NCBI RefSeq assembly: GCF_009914755.1
Contig: NC_060927.1
DNA: 64,000 nucleotides
Direction: 5' to 3' (one strand)
Origin: the human T2T-CHM13v2.0 reference genome, Homo sapiens
The position numbers and the translations under genes were made by a program. How positions within the stretch are numbered: position 1 is the stretch's first letter; every line of letters begins with the position of its first letter. A model generated the notes under the pieces. That model did not search any database. It saw nothing but the letters and a program-made list of their open reading frames with translations, and had not been told where the DNA came from. Positions 26,835 through 42,812 of the stretch are shown one piece after another.

Positions 26835-28270
26835 TTTTATGTTTTTATTAGGGTAAGAACATTTAACATGAGATCTGCCTTCTTAATGAATTTTTATTAA
26901 GCACAATACAGTATCATTTTTAACTTTAGGTAAAATATTAGATAGCAGATGTCTAAAATTCATTTATTTTGTATAATTGAAACTCTATAGCTGCTGAAAA
27001 GCAACTCCTTGTTTTTCCCTTCTCCAGCTCCTGGCAACCACCCTTCTACTTTCTGTTTCTATGAGTTTGACTATTTTAGATGCCTTAAGAAAGTGGAATC
27101 ATGCAGTATTTGTTCTTCTGTGGCTAAGATATTTCACTTAACATAATGTCCTCCAGATTCATCCATCTTGTCACCTATGGCAAGATTTCCTTCTTTTTTA
27201 AGGCCAAATAAGATTTCATCACATATTCCACAATTGATTTATCCATTCATCATTGATGGACATTTAGATTATTTTCACATGTTGGCTATTATGAATAATG
27301 CTACAATGAATGTGACGGTGCAGATATCGCTTTGAAATCCTGTTTTTATTTCCTTCGGATGTATACTCAGAAGTGAGATAGTTGGATCCTGTGGCAATAA
27401 TATTTTTCATTTTTTGAGGAACATTTTCCTTTGTGTTTTCCTTTGTGGCTGCACACTGTTTTCCTTAGTGTTGTACCACCAATAGTGTACAAGGGTCCCC
27501 CTATTTTACATTCTTACCAACACTTTTTATTTTTTTGATTTTTGGATAATAGCCATTCTAACAGGCATGATGTGATATCTCACTGTAGTTTTGATTTGCA
27601 TTTCCCTGAGGATTAGTGATGTTGACTACCTTTTCAATAGGTATCTATTGGCCATCGATATGTCCTCTTTGAAGAGATAATTCAACCTTATTCGGGTCCT
27701 TTGCCCATTTTTAATTAGGTTATTATGGGTTATTGATTTGTAGGAGTTTCTTATAATATTTTGGATACTAGTCAATTATCAGATATATGATTTGCAAATA
27801 TTTTCTCCCATTCTGTAGGTTGCCCTTCATTCTGTTGGTTGTTTCCTTTGCTGTGCAGAAGCTTCTTAGTTTGACATAGTTTCACTTGTCTAATTTTGAT
27901 TTAGTTGCTTGTACTTTTGGTGGCACATTCAAGAAATCATTGTCAAGCCCAATGTCATGAAGATTTTGACCTATGTTTTCTTCTAGGAGTTTCACAGTGC
28001 CAGGTCCTATGTTTAAATCTATTTTGAGTTGATTTTTATGCATAGTGTAAGATAATGGTTCCATTTCATTCTTTTGCATGGGGATATCTAGTTTTTGCAA
28101 TACTATTTGTTGAAATGACTGTCCTTTCCCCATTGTGTATTTTTTCACCCTTGTCAAAGATCAACTGACCATTGATGCATGGGTCTATTTCTGGGCTCTA
28201 TATTTTGTTCTATTTAGTCTACATGTCTGTTTTTATGCCAGTAACATACTGTTTTAATTACTCTAACTTT
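26835..28270 (-). mobile_element. L1MA (MA9-like) 3' end and ORF2 C-terminus
   Basis: GGTAAGAACATTTAACATGAGATCT 3' end motif; reverse ORF2 remnants (ORF 27882..28157). Confidence 0.85.
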
Positions 28271-28285
28271 GAAATAGCCACACAG

Positions 28286-30100
<1,815 letters not shown>

Positions 30101-30107
30101 ATGAGAA

Positions 30108-30823
30108 GCATGAACACAGGACATCTTTTACGTATTTGTGTCTTCTTCAATTTATTTCATTTACTGTTTTATTTCATTTTCAAGTTTTTGTGTAAGACCT
30201 TTTACCTCATTTAAATGTATTCCTAAATATTTTATGTTTTTCTGATGCTATTATAAATGGGATTGTTTCCTTGATTTCCTTTTCAGCTATGTTGGTGTAA
30301 GAAATGGAGCTAATTTTTGTATGTTGACTTTGTATTCTGCAACTTTACTGAATTTGCTAATTAGTTCTAATAGTTGTTTTGTGTGTGGAGTCTTTAGAGC
30401 TTTCTATATATAAGATCATGTCATCTGCCAACAGAGATAATTTTACTTTTTACTTTTTCCTACTTTACTTTTTCCAAATTTTACTTTTTCCTGATTTGCA
30501 TGCCTTGTATTTCTTTTTCCTGTTTGATTGCTCCTGCTAGTACTTTCAGAACTATGTAGAATAGAACTAATGATAGTAGGAATCCTTGCCGTGTACTCAG
30601 CAGGAATCCTTGACTTGTGCCTGGTCTCAGAGGAAAAGCTTTCAGTTTTTCCTCACTGACTATAATGTTAGCTGTGGGCTTTTCACAAATGGCCTTTCTT
30701 GTGTTGACCAAATTTCTTTCTGTACCTATTCAGTTGAGAGTTTTTTTATTATAAATATATGCTGAACTTTTTCAAGTGATTTTTCTGCATCTATTGAGAT
30801 GATCATGTGGTAGTTTTCATTCT
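30108..30823 (-). mobile_element. L1M ORF2 (RT) fragment, continuation of the L1MA above
   Basis: ORF 30481..30711 KPTANII...EKLKAFPLR.GT.QG. Confidence 0.85.
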
Positions 30824-32288
30824 TAACCTAATTTTACACCTCGAGGAATTAAAAAAACAAGAGCAAACTAAACCAAAAGTTTGTAGAAGGAAAAAATACA
30901 TATTAGGGCAGAAATAAATGAAATAAAGAAGAAAAAAACTATTTAAAAAGTCAACAAAACTAAGAATTGCTTTTTTGGAAAAAATACACAAAATCAACAA
31001 ACTCTTAGCTAGATGAAGAAAAAAATATGGACAACTCAAATAAAATGAGAAATAAAAAAGGAGATATCACAATTGATATGTCAGAAATAAAAAAGATCAT
31101 AAGGGACTATTATTAAAAATTATAAGCAAACAAATTAGATAACCTAGAAGAAATGGATACATTCCTGGAACCATATACCCTATCAAGACAGAATCAAGAA
31201 GAAATGAAAAGCCTGAACAGAACAAGAATAAATAGAAAGTTGAAGTAGTAATAAAAAAAAACCTTCCAACAAAGGAAAGCTCAGGGCCAGGTAGATCCAT
31301 GGCTGAATTCTATCAAATATTCAAATAATAATTGGTGATACTTATTTTTTAAATTCTTCCAGAAAAATAGAAGTAGAGGTAATACTTTCAAACTGTTTTA
31401 TGAGACTGCTTCACCCTCATACAAAAGCCAAATGAGGACACAAGAAAAAAAGAAAACTACAGACCAATATCCCCAGTGAAGATAGATGTAAAAATCCCTA
31501 ACAAAATACTAGCAAACTGAATCCAACAGCATATCAAAAAAAAAAATAGCACAATCAAGTGGAATTTATTCCAGGGATGTAAGGGTGGTTCACTATACAC
31601 AAATCAATAAATGTGATTCACCTCATAAGCAGAATTAAAAACAAAAACCATATTATCATCTCAATAGATGCAGAAAAATTTGATACAATTCAGCATCCCT
31701 TTATGACAAAAACCCTCGAAATATAGTAAGCATAGAAGGAACCTACCTCAAAATAATAAAAGCCGTATACAACAAATCCACAGCCAACATCATGCTGAAT
31801 GGGGAAAAGCTGAAAGCATTCTCGCTAAGATCTAAAACAAGACAAGGATGGCCACTTTCATTAATCTCATTCAGCATGGTACTGGAAATCCTGTCCCAAG
31901 CAATCAGGCAAGAGACAGAAATAGACAGAAATAAAAGTCATCCAAATTGGAAATAAGAAAGTCAAATCATCTCTGTTGATAATATGATCTTATATCTAGA
32001 AAGCCCTTAAGATTCCTCCAAAAGACTACTAGATTTGATAAATGAATTCAGTAAAGTCTCAGAATACAAAATTAACATGCAAAAGTTTGTAGTGTTTCTA
32101 TACATTAATAGTAATCAATCTGAGCCCCAAATCAAGAAGTCAATCCCATTTAAAATAGCTAGAGAAAAATATATTTCAAATATATTTAACCAAGGAGGTA
32201 AAAGATCTCTATAAGGAAAACTACAAAATACTGATGAAATAAATTGTAAATGACACAAATGGACGACCACTTCATGCTCATAGATTGG

Positions 32289-32378
32289 AAGAATAAATAT
32301 TATTATAATATTATGATTAAGAATAAATATTATTATAATATTATGATTAAGAATAAATATTATTAAAATATTATGATT
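32289..32378. repeat. 30-bp tandem repeat, three copies
   Basis: AAGAATAAATATTATTATAATATTATGATT x3, one mismatch in copy 3. Confidence 0.95.
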
Positions 32379-33616
32379 ATACTGACCAAAGCAATCTATA
32401 GATTTAATGTAATTCCTATCAAAATACCATGCCATTTTTCACAGAATTAGAAACAACAAACCTAAAATTCATATGGAACTTAAAAAGAGCTCAAATAGCC
32501 ACAGCAGTCCTAAGCAAGAAGAACAAAGCTGGAGGCATCATATTATCTGATTTCAAATTATACTACAAAGTTATAGTAACCAAAACAGCATGGTACTGGT
32601 ATAAAAACAGACACATAGAACAATGGAATGGAATAGAGAACCAAGAAAAAAAAGCCACATTCCTACAGCTAACTTATCCTTAACAAAGTCAACAAATCAT
32701 ACAATGGGGAAAGGATACACTATTCCATAAATGGTCCTGGGAAAATTTAATTGCCATATGTAGACGAATGAAACTGGACCCCTATCTCTCACCATATACA
32801 AAAATTAACTCAAGATGAATTAAAGACTTAAGTTTAAGACCTGAAGCTATAAAAATACTGGAAGAAAACCCAAGAAAAACTCTTCTGACTGGCTTAGGCA
32901 AAAATTCATGACTAAGATCCCTAAAGCAAATGCAACAAAAACAAAAATAGGCAAGCAGAATTAATTAAACTAAATAGCTTCTGCTCAGCAAAAGAAAGAA
33001 TCAACAGAGTGAACAGACAACATGCAGATTGGGAAAAATATTTGCAAACAATGCATCCAACAAAGGACTAATTCCAGAATTCACAAGGATCTCAAACAAC
33101 TGAAATATATAGAGAGAGGGAGAGAGAAAGAGAGAGAGAGAGAGAGATACCCCCATTAAAAGTGTGCAAAGGACATGAACAGACATTTTGCAAAAGAAGA
33201 CATAAAATGACCAAGTATATGAAAAAGTGCTCAATACCACTAATCATTAGAGAAATGGAAATTAAAACTGCAATGAGATACCATCTTACAGTAGCCAGAA
33301 CAGCTATTATTAAAAAGTCAAGAAACAACTGATACTTGAGAGAATGTAGAGAAAAGGGAATACTTATACACTGTTGGTGGGAAAGCAAATTAGTAAAACC
33401 TCTATGGAAAACAGGATGAAGATTTCTCAAAGGACTAAAAACAGATCTACCATTCGATCCAGCAATTCTTCTTCTGGGTACATACCAAAATGAAAAGAAA
33501 TTATTACATAAAAATGATAACTGCACCTATATGTTTATCTCAGCACTATTCACAATAGCAAAGATACAGAATCAATCTATGTGTCCAGCAATGAATGTTG
33601 GGATAAAGAATATGTG

Positions 33617-33619
<3 letters not shown>

Positions 33620-33664
<45 letters not shown>

Positions 33665-33703
33665 ATATGTGTGTGTGTGTCTCTCTCTCTCTATATATAT
33701 ATA
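33620..33703. repeat. (TG)n/(TC)n/(TA)n compound microsatellite
   Basis: Direct inspection. Confidence 0.95.
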
Positions 33704-34438
33704 TCACATAAATACTACACGGCCATAACAAAGAATGAAATAAAGTGTTTTGCTGCAATAGGGATAGAACTAGAGGCCACTGTCTTAAGTGAAATAACTC
33801 AGAAAGTCAAATACCACATGTTCCTACTAATAAGTGGGAGGTAAATTATGTGCACTCATTGACATAGAGAATAGAATAATAGATTTTGGCGACTCAGAAG
33901 GGTGGGAGGGAGAGGGACGAGAAATTACTTAATGGATACAATGTACACTATTCAGGTGATGTCTACACTAAAAGCCCAAACTTCACCATTATGCAATATA
34001 TCCATGTAACAAAACAACATTCATACCCTCAGATTCATTTTAAAAATAAAAGAAATGATATGAGGGATTTACCATTGAAACAGAGTAAATTTTAAAAAGT
34101 AAAAAATACTGCTTTGCAGAATTCTACATAAACACATTTGAAAACGTACATGTGATGGATACACTCCTAGGATAATACAATTCTCCAGAATTGATTCTTC
34201 TAAAAGGAGAAAGCTTGAACAAAACAACTTTCTCAGACAAAATACTAGATAAGTTATTTTAAAAAATAACCTACAAATATGCATCAGGGCCAGGTAGTTT
34301 CACAGAGGAAAGTGTGCCAACTTTTCAAAGACCAGATAATCTCAATCCTGTTGAAATTCTTGCTAGGCATAGAATAAAGGTGAAAATCTTCCCCGCTTCT
34401 TTTTATAAAGCAAGTAGAATTTTCATAGCTATATTTTA

Positions 34439-34715
<277 letters not shown>

Positions 34716-36600
34716 GTTAACATACAAAAATGAAAGCTATATGTCAATACCGTTCAAATGTTGATGCAAAACTAGAAAAATATTAGCAAGCTGAATTTAT
34801 CAGCATGTTAATAAGTGGCATATCATGACTAAGAGGAATTTATTTCCCAAATACAAGGATCATTCAATATAAAGGAATTTATGAATTTAATTAACCATAT
34901 TAATAGTCTAATGGAAAAATTATTTTAGTATCTCTACACAGGCAGAGAGATCTTTGAGAAAAACCTTAACATCCATTTCTGATGAAAACACTCAATAAAG
35001 TAGGAATTGAGATTACTTCCTTAACGTGATAAAAATCATGTCCTCTAGTACTTAAAATAGCCACTTTATTTAATGGGTAAACTTTCTCAATAAAGCAAGA
35101 ATAACAACTATTTCCATTACTTTTTAGCAGTATATTGGAGGCCTCTAACTGGCAATATTGTATTTCTTAATGTGAGTGGTTACATGAATCATGATTTTAT
35201 AATTATATCCTAAATTGTACATGTATGTTTTGTATATTTTTTGAATATGTATTTCAGAATAAAATGGTTAAAATATGCTACATAAAGAAACCATACATAC
35301 ATACATTTAAAAGAACTGTTTGTTGTAATTTATGCTTATTTGTACATTTAAGATTTGTGTCTGGCTGATGGATATAAAACCAGACATTTTCAGCAAAATA
35401 AAGAAAGCAGCATAGATTCAAAACATGCATCGTGATATATAAAATGGTTTTGTGGCCTTTTTATTGCTAGTGATAAAATTTTAAATCAGAGGTAGTTGAT
35501 GTATTATTGTCAAGAAGAAAAGCACGCATATTTTTGAGATTTAAGTGTAAAACTCATCTGCAAAAGACAACCAACGAAAGTTAAATGCGGGTTTCAGTTC
35601 TGACATTTAAAGAGCTGGCGGTTATCATTTCCATCCTTACAACAAAAAGTTGGACAAAATGAAAATCAACACCTTTTCTTGGACCCATCAGAAAACTGAT
35701 TTGGGGGGCAAAACACCACCCTGAAACCTAGAGAGGCAAGCAACTCTAAAGAGCCACAGCAAAATTTGCTTTCCTGGAACAGAAGCTACTGAAGCCTTAA
35801 ACAGATAGAAATACTTAAATGGCAATTTTGATGGATTTCTGAAGGCTGCCCATGGACTTGTGTGAGAATATTTCCTGGGAGCCTTAGTTTTAGGGCGTAC
35901 TCCACAAACACTTTTATGACTTTTCCCTCCAGGAAACCCAGTGAGTTCTCGTGAAGATCTGAGAAAGATTCCCCTTATGGCTCTGGCAGAGGGAAGGGAA
36001 GAGTAAGTATTGTGAAAAGTGCCTGCCTAGAGCCTTCCCTATAACAAAGGTCTACTTCTCATGGGGAAAGATTTTTCAGAGACTTGTTCCAGAGCTGTAG
36101 AAGAAATGCACTTCTCTCACTCTAGCCCCATCTAGTTTTCTTGCCTCATCTAAAAGGAGGAGGAAAAATTACACAAGAAGAATCATTTGTGAAAGTCACA
36201 GGTCAGACACAGGCCCACTGAAAGGCTGAGATTTAATTGGAAGATTAGAGTATGCTCACTCCCCACAACAATACACTTTACCTCCATACCAACAGGGTTC
36301 CAGTAAAATAGCAGTAAATTATAGCTGAAAGACCCATGAGACACAGATTTTTTTCTAAGGAGGATTACCTAGGGAAGCCCAAAGTGAAGATGGGAGACAA
36401 AAAATGAGGACATTAGAGATTCTTGAAGTTCTTTTACCTACAGCTACAAGGTGGATTAAAAATACCCAACTACGTGTTGTTTACAAGAAAATGTTTTAAA
36501 TAAAAAGACACTGATAGGTTGAAAGGAAAAGGATAGAAAGATACAGCATGTTAATGCTAACCAAAGGAAAGCTGTAGTAACTACACTAGTTTTAGACAAA

Positions 36601-36681
36601 GCATTGCAGTGAGCCAAGGTAGCACCACTGCACTCCAGCCTGGGTGACAGAGCGAGACTCTGTCTCAAAAAAAAAAAAAAA
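36601..36681 (+). mobile_element. 5'-truncated Alu right-arm end
   Basis: TTGCAGTGAGCC...GACTCTGTCTC followed by an A tail. Confidence 0.9.
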
Positions 36682-37362
36682 TTCATGGATAACATGGGCA
36701 CCACATAATAATAAAACAGTCAATATTCTAAGAAAAATAAAAAAAAATCCTAAGCATGTATGCATCTAACAATAGGGCATTCAAATATGTGAGGCAAAAA
36801 CTGATGGAACTGAAAGGATAAGTAGACAAATCTACTATTATAGTTGGAGTCTTCAACATCCTAATGTCAGTAATTGATAAATCGAGTGGACAGAAAATCA
36901 GTAAGAATTTAGTAGAAATGGAGAGCACTATGAGTAAATTTGATCTAACATTTATAGCATTCTTCATTTAACATCAGCAGAATATACATTCTTCTCAAGT
37001 TCACATAAAATACCTCCAGAAATCCACCAAAAGGAATTTGTATTGACAAAAATAAAACATGTTTTTACATATTTCGAGTGATAGAACATAGCATAGCAAA
37101 TTTCAATCATGGCAAATATTAATATGTTCTCAGTCAATAAAGGAGTTAAACTAAAAATCAATAACAAAAATATAGCTATACAATCTCCTAAACACTCGTG
37201 AATGAAACTACACACTTCTAAATAATGCATGGGTCAAAGAAGCATAAAAAGAAATTAAAAATTATCTTGAACTAAATAAAAATGAAAACTCACCTTATCA
37301 AAATATGTGGAATGCAGCAAAAGCAATGCTTAGAGGGAAATTTATAGCATTAAATACTTATA

Positions 37363-37726
37363 CAGATGGTTCCTGGCTTATGATGTTACAACTTATAATT
37401 TTTCAACTTTATGATGATGCAAAAGTGATATGCATTCAGTAGAAATTGTACTTTGAGCCCCCATACAACCATTCTGTTTTTCACTTTCAGTGCAGTACTC
37501 AATAAATTACACAAGATATTCAACACTATTATAAAATTAACTTGTGTTAGATGATTTTGCCCCAACTGTAGGCTAATGTAAGTATTCCGAGCATGTTTAA
37601 GGTCAACTAGGCTAAGCTATGATGTTTGCTAAGTTAGATATATTAAGTGGATTTTCTACTTCTGATATTTTCAACTTATGATGGGTTTATCAGGATGTAA
37701 TCTCATCACAAATTGAGGAGCATCTG
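37363..37726 (+). mobile_element. MER47A-like (Tigger5) MITE
   Basis: TA-CAGATG...CATCTG-TA terminal inverted repeats with TA TSD. Confidence 0.85.
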
Positions 37727-37846
37727 TATCAGAAAAGAAGAAAGATCTAATATCAGCAAACAAAGTCAATTGCTTTTGTATATTACATACCTATATGCAC
37801 CTATAAACATACAAAACAGCAATAAAAATTGGAATTTGGAATATAA

Positions 37847-38158
<312 letters not shown>

Positions 38159-38234
38159 TGAAAAGTAATATTATTAAAAATGGCGCCCGGCCTTGAAAAG
38201 TAATATTATGAAAAATGGCATCCTGGGGGCCATT

Positions 38235-39057
38235 CTGAATTAAATTTTGTGAAAAGTATAAGGTCTATGTCTAAGTTCAATTTTTCCTACAGACGTTTAA
38301 TTGTTCTAGCAGCATTTGCTAAAAACATCATCCTTTTTCCATTGAATTTCCTTTGTTCTTTTGTAAAAGACCAGCTGACTATATTTATATGAATCTATTT
38401 CTGGCCTCTGTATTCTGTTTCATTGATCTATGTGTGTATTTTTTCATCAATACCACACTGTCTTGCAATTGGGTAATGTAAACACTCTAACTTTCTTCTT
38501 CTTCGGTATCATGTTGGATATTCCCAAGTCTTTTGCCTTTCCATATAAACTTTAGAATCAGTTTGTAACATCTACAAAACGGCTTGCTGGCATTTTTACT
38601 GGAATTGCATTGAACTCACAGATAAATTTGGAAAGGATTGGTATCTTAATAATACTAACTCTTGCCATCTATGAACATAGACTTGGCTCTACATTTATTC
38701 AGTTTTTTTATTTTTTCTGGCACTTTTGCAGTTTTTCTTATATAGATCCCATACATATTTGGTAGACTTACATTTATGTATTTAATTTTGGGGAATGCTA
38801 CTTTTATTTTTTTGCCTTTTATTGATTTATTTTTATTTTTTATTGATAAATGATAGATGTACATATTTTCATGGTACATGCAATAATTTGATACATTCAT
38901 AAAATCAAATCAGGATAATTGAGGTATCCATTGCCTTAAATATTTATCTTTTCTTTACACTAGGAATATCTGCATTATACTCTTTTAGCTATATTGAATT
39001 TTACAATTCATTAAAGTTAATTATAGTCACCTCACTGATCTATCGAATGCCAGGTCA
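38235..39057 (-). mobile_element. Reverse L1 ORF2 segment plus a short L1MA 3'-end fragment
   Basis: Reverse ORF2 remnants 38235-38800; TAGATGTACATATTTTC...GGTACATG L1MA 3' end from ~38820. Confidence 0.7.
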
Positions 39058-39063
39058 GGACGC

Positions 39064-39199
39064 CTTTTTTTTTTTTCTTTTTCTTTTTTTTTTTTTTTTT
39101 TTTTTGAGATAGTTTCTCTCTTGTTGCCCAGGCTGCAATGCAGTGGCATGATCTCAGCTCACTGCAACCTCCATCTCCTGGGTTCAAAAGATTCTCCTG
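39064..39199 (-). mobile_element. Truncated Alu right arm
   Basis: Long poly-T then Alu sequence ending abruptly at ATTCTCCTG. Confidence 0.88.
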
Positions 39200-39914
39200 T
39201 TAAGGCACTGTTAAGAAAAGAAAGACTAGGAAAATGCATTTGCAAAACAAATATCTGATAAAGAAATTATATCCAAAATATTTTTAAAACTATTTAAACT
39301 CAACAACAAGGAGCCAAATATCCCAATTTTTTTTAAAAAAAGGGCAAAAGATCTGAACAGAATTCTCATCAAAGAATATATATGGAAAAAAATTAACATA
39401 TGTAAAAGTATGCAACATTATTTGTCATTAGGGAATTGTGAATTAAAATAACAATTAGATACCACTACACACTCATTAGGCACACTTTTTAGAATAGCTA
39501 AAATCCAAAATATTGACATTACCATTTGCTGTCAAGGGTACAGAGCAGAAAGAACTCTCATTTACTGCTAGCAGGAGTGTAAAATGGTACAAGCTCCTTT
39601 GGAAGATGACTTGGTAGTTTCTTACAAAGCTAATATTTCTTATCACACGATCTAACAATCATGTTCCTAGGTATTTACCTATTTGACTAGAAAATACTGT
39701 GCACAAAACTTGCACATGAATGTTTATGGCAGCTTTATTCATAATTGGTAAAAACTGGAAGCAATCAAGATATCCTTCAATGGATAAATGGCTAGAGAAA
39801 ATGTGGTACACCCGTAAAATAGGATATTATTTAGTAATGAAAAGAAATGACCTATCAAGCCACAAAAGACATAAATAACATAAATAACTCTTTTCAAAAT
39901 TTGTTTTATTATCT

Positions 39915-40206
39915 TCTTTTTTTTGAGACGGAGTCTCACTCTGTCGCTCAGGCTGGAGTGCAATGGCACGATCTTGGCTCACTGCAACCTCCGCCTCTCA
40001 GGTTCAAGCAATTCTCTGCCTCAGCCTCCCAAGTAGCTGGGATTAGAGGCACCTGCCACCATGCCCAGCTACTTTTTTGGTATTTTTAGTAGAGACTGGG
40101 TTTCACCATCTTGGCCAGGCTGGTCTTGAACTCCTGACGTTGGGATCTGCCCACCTCGGCCTTCTAAAGTGCTGGGATTACAGGCATGAGCCACTGCGCC
40201 CAGCCA
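39915..40206 (-). mobile_element. AluS
   Basis: Reverse dimer. Confidence 0.92.
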
Positions 40207-40211
40207 ATAAG

Positions 40212-40522
40212 TTTTTTTTTTTTTTTTTTAGAGGTAGAGTCTCACTCTGTTGGCCAGGCTGGAGTGCACTGGTATGATCATAACTAACTGCAGCCCTGGA
40301 CTCCTGGGCTTAAGCGATCTTCCCATCTCAGCCACCCAAGTAGCTAGGATGACAGGTGTACACCACTGTTCCTGGCTAATTTTTATTTGTTTGTTTATTT
40401 TTTTCGTACAGACGGGAGTCTCGCTGTTGCTCAGGCTGGTTTCAAACTTCTGGCCTCAAGCAATCCTCCTGCTTCAGCCTCCCAAAGTACTGGGATTACA
40501 GGCATGTACCACCACTCCCAGC
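40212..40522 (-). mobile_element. AluJ
   Basis: Reverse dimer immediately adjacent to the previous Alu. Confidence 0.9.
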
Positions 40523-42476
40523 AACATGAGCGTGTCTTAAATGCATATTGCTAAATGAAAGAAGCTGGGCTGGAAAAGTTTCATACTGTATGATTTTAAG
40601 TATATGACAATCTAGAAAAGTAAGACTATTGAGATGATAAACATATCAGTGGCTTTGGGGAGTTTGGAAGTGGAGACTGGGGAGGAGTTGAAGCAGAGGA
40701 TTTTTTTAGCACACTAAAACTCTTCTGTATGATACTTTATGGTGAATACAAGATATTAAATATATGTCAAAACCATTGGAATTTCACAGCACAAAGAATA
40801 AGCCTTATGTATGCAAATTTTTAAAATTATTTATGAGATCTGAGTACCTCAATATAGAATACAGAATGTGACAAAAGAATTTAAATGTATTACAAATGTA
40901 TGAAACAATTTTACTAAACAGAATGAGAGAATAAGATGCTGACTGAAGTAACTTTGGCAATAAGTGAAGTGTGATAAAACACTACATAAGAACTATACTC
41001 TGGTTGATAATGTTGTTTCCCTCAAGGATATGGACTAACAATTCTGAAACTACTATACAAGTATGCTGGAATTCAAAATCAAGTAATGGATGGTAAAAGG
41101 TAGAAGGCAGGTTTCTCAATGTGGGAGTGGGAGTTTATAGATAAACAGGGGAGGAGGAAGATAGAATCACCCATACAATAATAATGGAAGAGAGTTGGAG
41201 AAGTGAGTATGAACTAATGTTTAGCTTACTATAGGACACAGATGGACACATATAGAAATATTTACAGATGTGAGTATATACATGGATTAGTATACACACA
41301 TATTTCTTTGCTCTGTCAGTTGTCAGAGCCTAGAAGCAACAACAGTCCAGTGGCAATGGGCACACTTGACACCCAGATCTTGATTTCTAATACCATTCTC
41401 CAATAAAAGGAACCAGGGTTACTAGAAAACATAACTAATTCTAGGACTGGAGTAGGAAATATACAAGATGAACTGGGAGCATCTTGTAGTACCAGGAAAT
41501 AAGAAAGTTCTCAAAGAAAACCAATAAACAAACACCATACATGGAATGATGGTGGTATGTCAAAAAGACCCAAGAGCTGACTGAAAGAGCTTTAAATGGC
41601 CAAAGCTGAAACAATTTTAGCAACAAAATATGGTAGTATTCAATTAAAATGCAAAGTATAAAATAAGTATCTATTAGTCCACACTGATAAAAAATGATTA
41701 AATAAATACATGGGCCAGAATAGAAAAATATCTCGTGAAGAATTTCAAATAATTTATGTAAATACTCTGCCCTTAAGAATACAGATCATAACTCTCTGCT
41801 TCTTAAGGATGGACTGTGCATAATAACGTTCTTTCAAATAGTACAGTGTGGGAAAAGAGAAATAAAAAGAATAAATTTTAATACAGAAAATTGACAAAAC
41901 TTACCCCAAGCCAGGTGATCCAGAATAATATCTACACTGATAAGTTATATGGATGGTATGGGCCTTTGGTATGATGTGATGAGAATGACTCTACCTCTGT
42001 GGTCTTCACCAAAACACACTACCCCAGTATAGTCACGAGAAAAAAAATCAGAAAAATTCTAATTGAAGCACATTTTTCAAAATGTTGGACTACTATTCTT
42101 CAAAACCTCCAAGGTTATCAAAAACAAAGAAAACCTGAGAAACTATCAAAACGAAGAGAAGCCCAAAGAGACATGATTCCTAAATGCAATGTGATATTCT
42201 GGACGTGAACACAGAATAGAAAAAGGCATCAGGGGAAACCGGTGGAAGTAAATTGAGAGATAAAATTTTTAAAGTACATGACAAAATGAAGTATTTCACA
42301 ATATTTAATGGTAAAATGTGGATAAGTAATGGTATAATTTAGGACTGTCTGGGTTTACCAATTTCATATAGCATTAACTCCATTCTGTTCCTAAATAAAC
42401 ATCGAGCACCTCTGACAATCATGGAACTCTTTCTGACACTATGGAGAATCATAAAAATGCATAAGAAATCGTCTGG

Positions 42477-42812
<336 letters not shown>

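Larger units (their letters stand above)
30824..34052 (+). mobile_element. L1 ORF2 through 3' end (L1PB3/4-like 3' UTR; possibly composite)
   Basis: ORF2 remnants (ORF 32429..32683, [17 protein letters not shown]...[11 protein letters not shown]); 3' UTR GGTGATG...CACTAAAAGCCCA; internal (GA)n and (TG)n microsatellites. Confidence 0.88.

Noticed and set aside
32289-32378. 30-35 bp direct repeats (also 38150 and 47280) as CRISPR-like arrays
   Set aside because: No spacers, eukaryotic context, and they derive from local L1/Alu sequence; these are simple tandem duplications.
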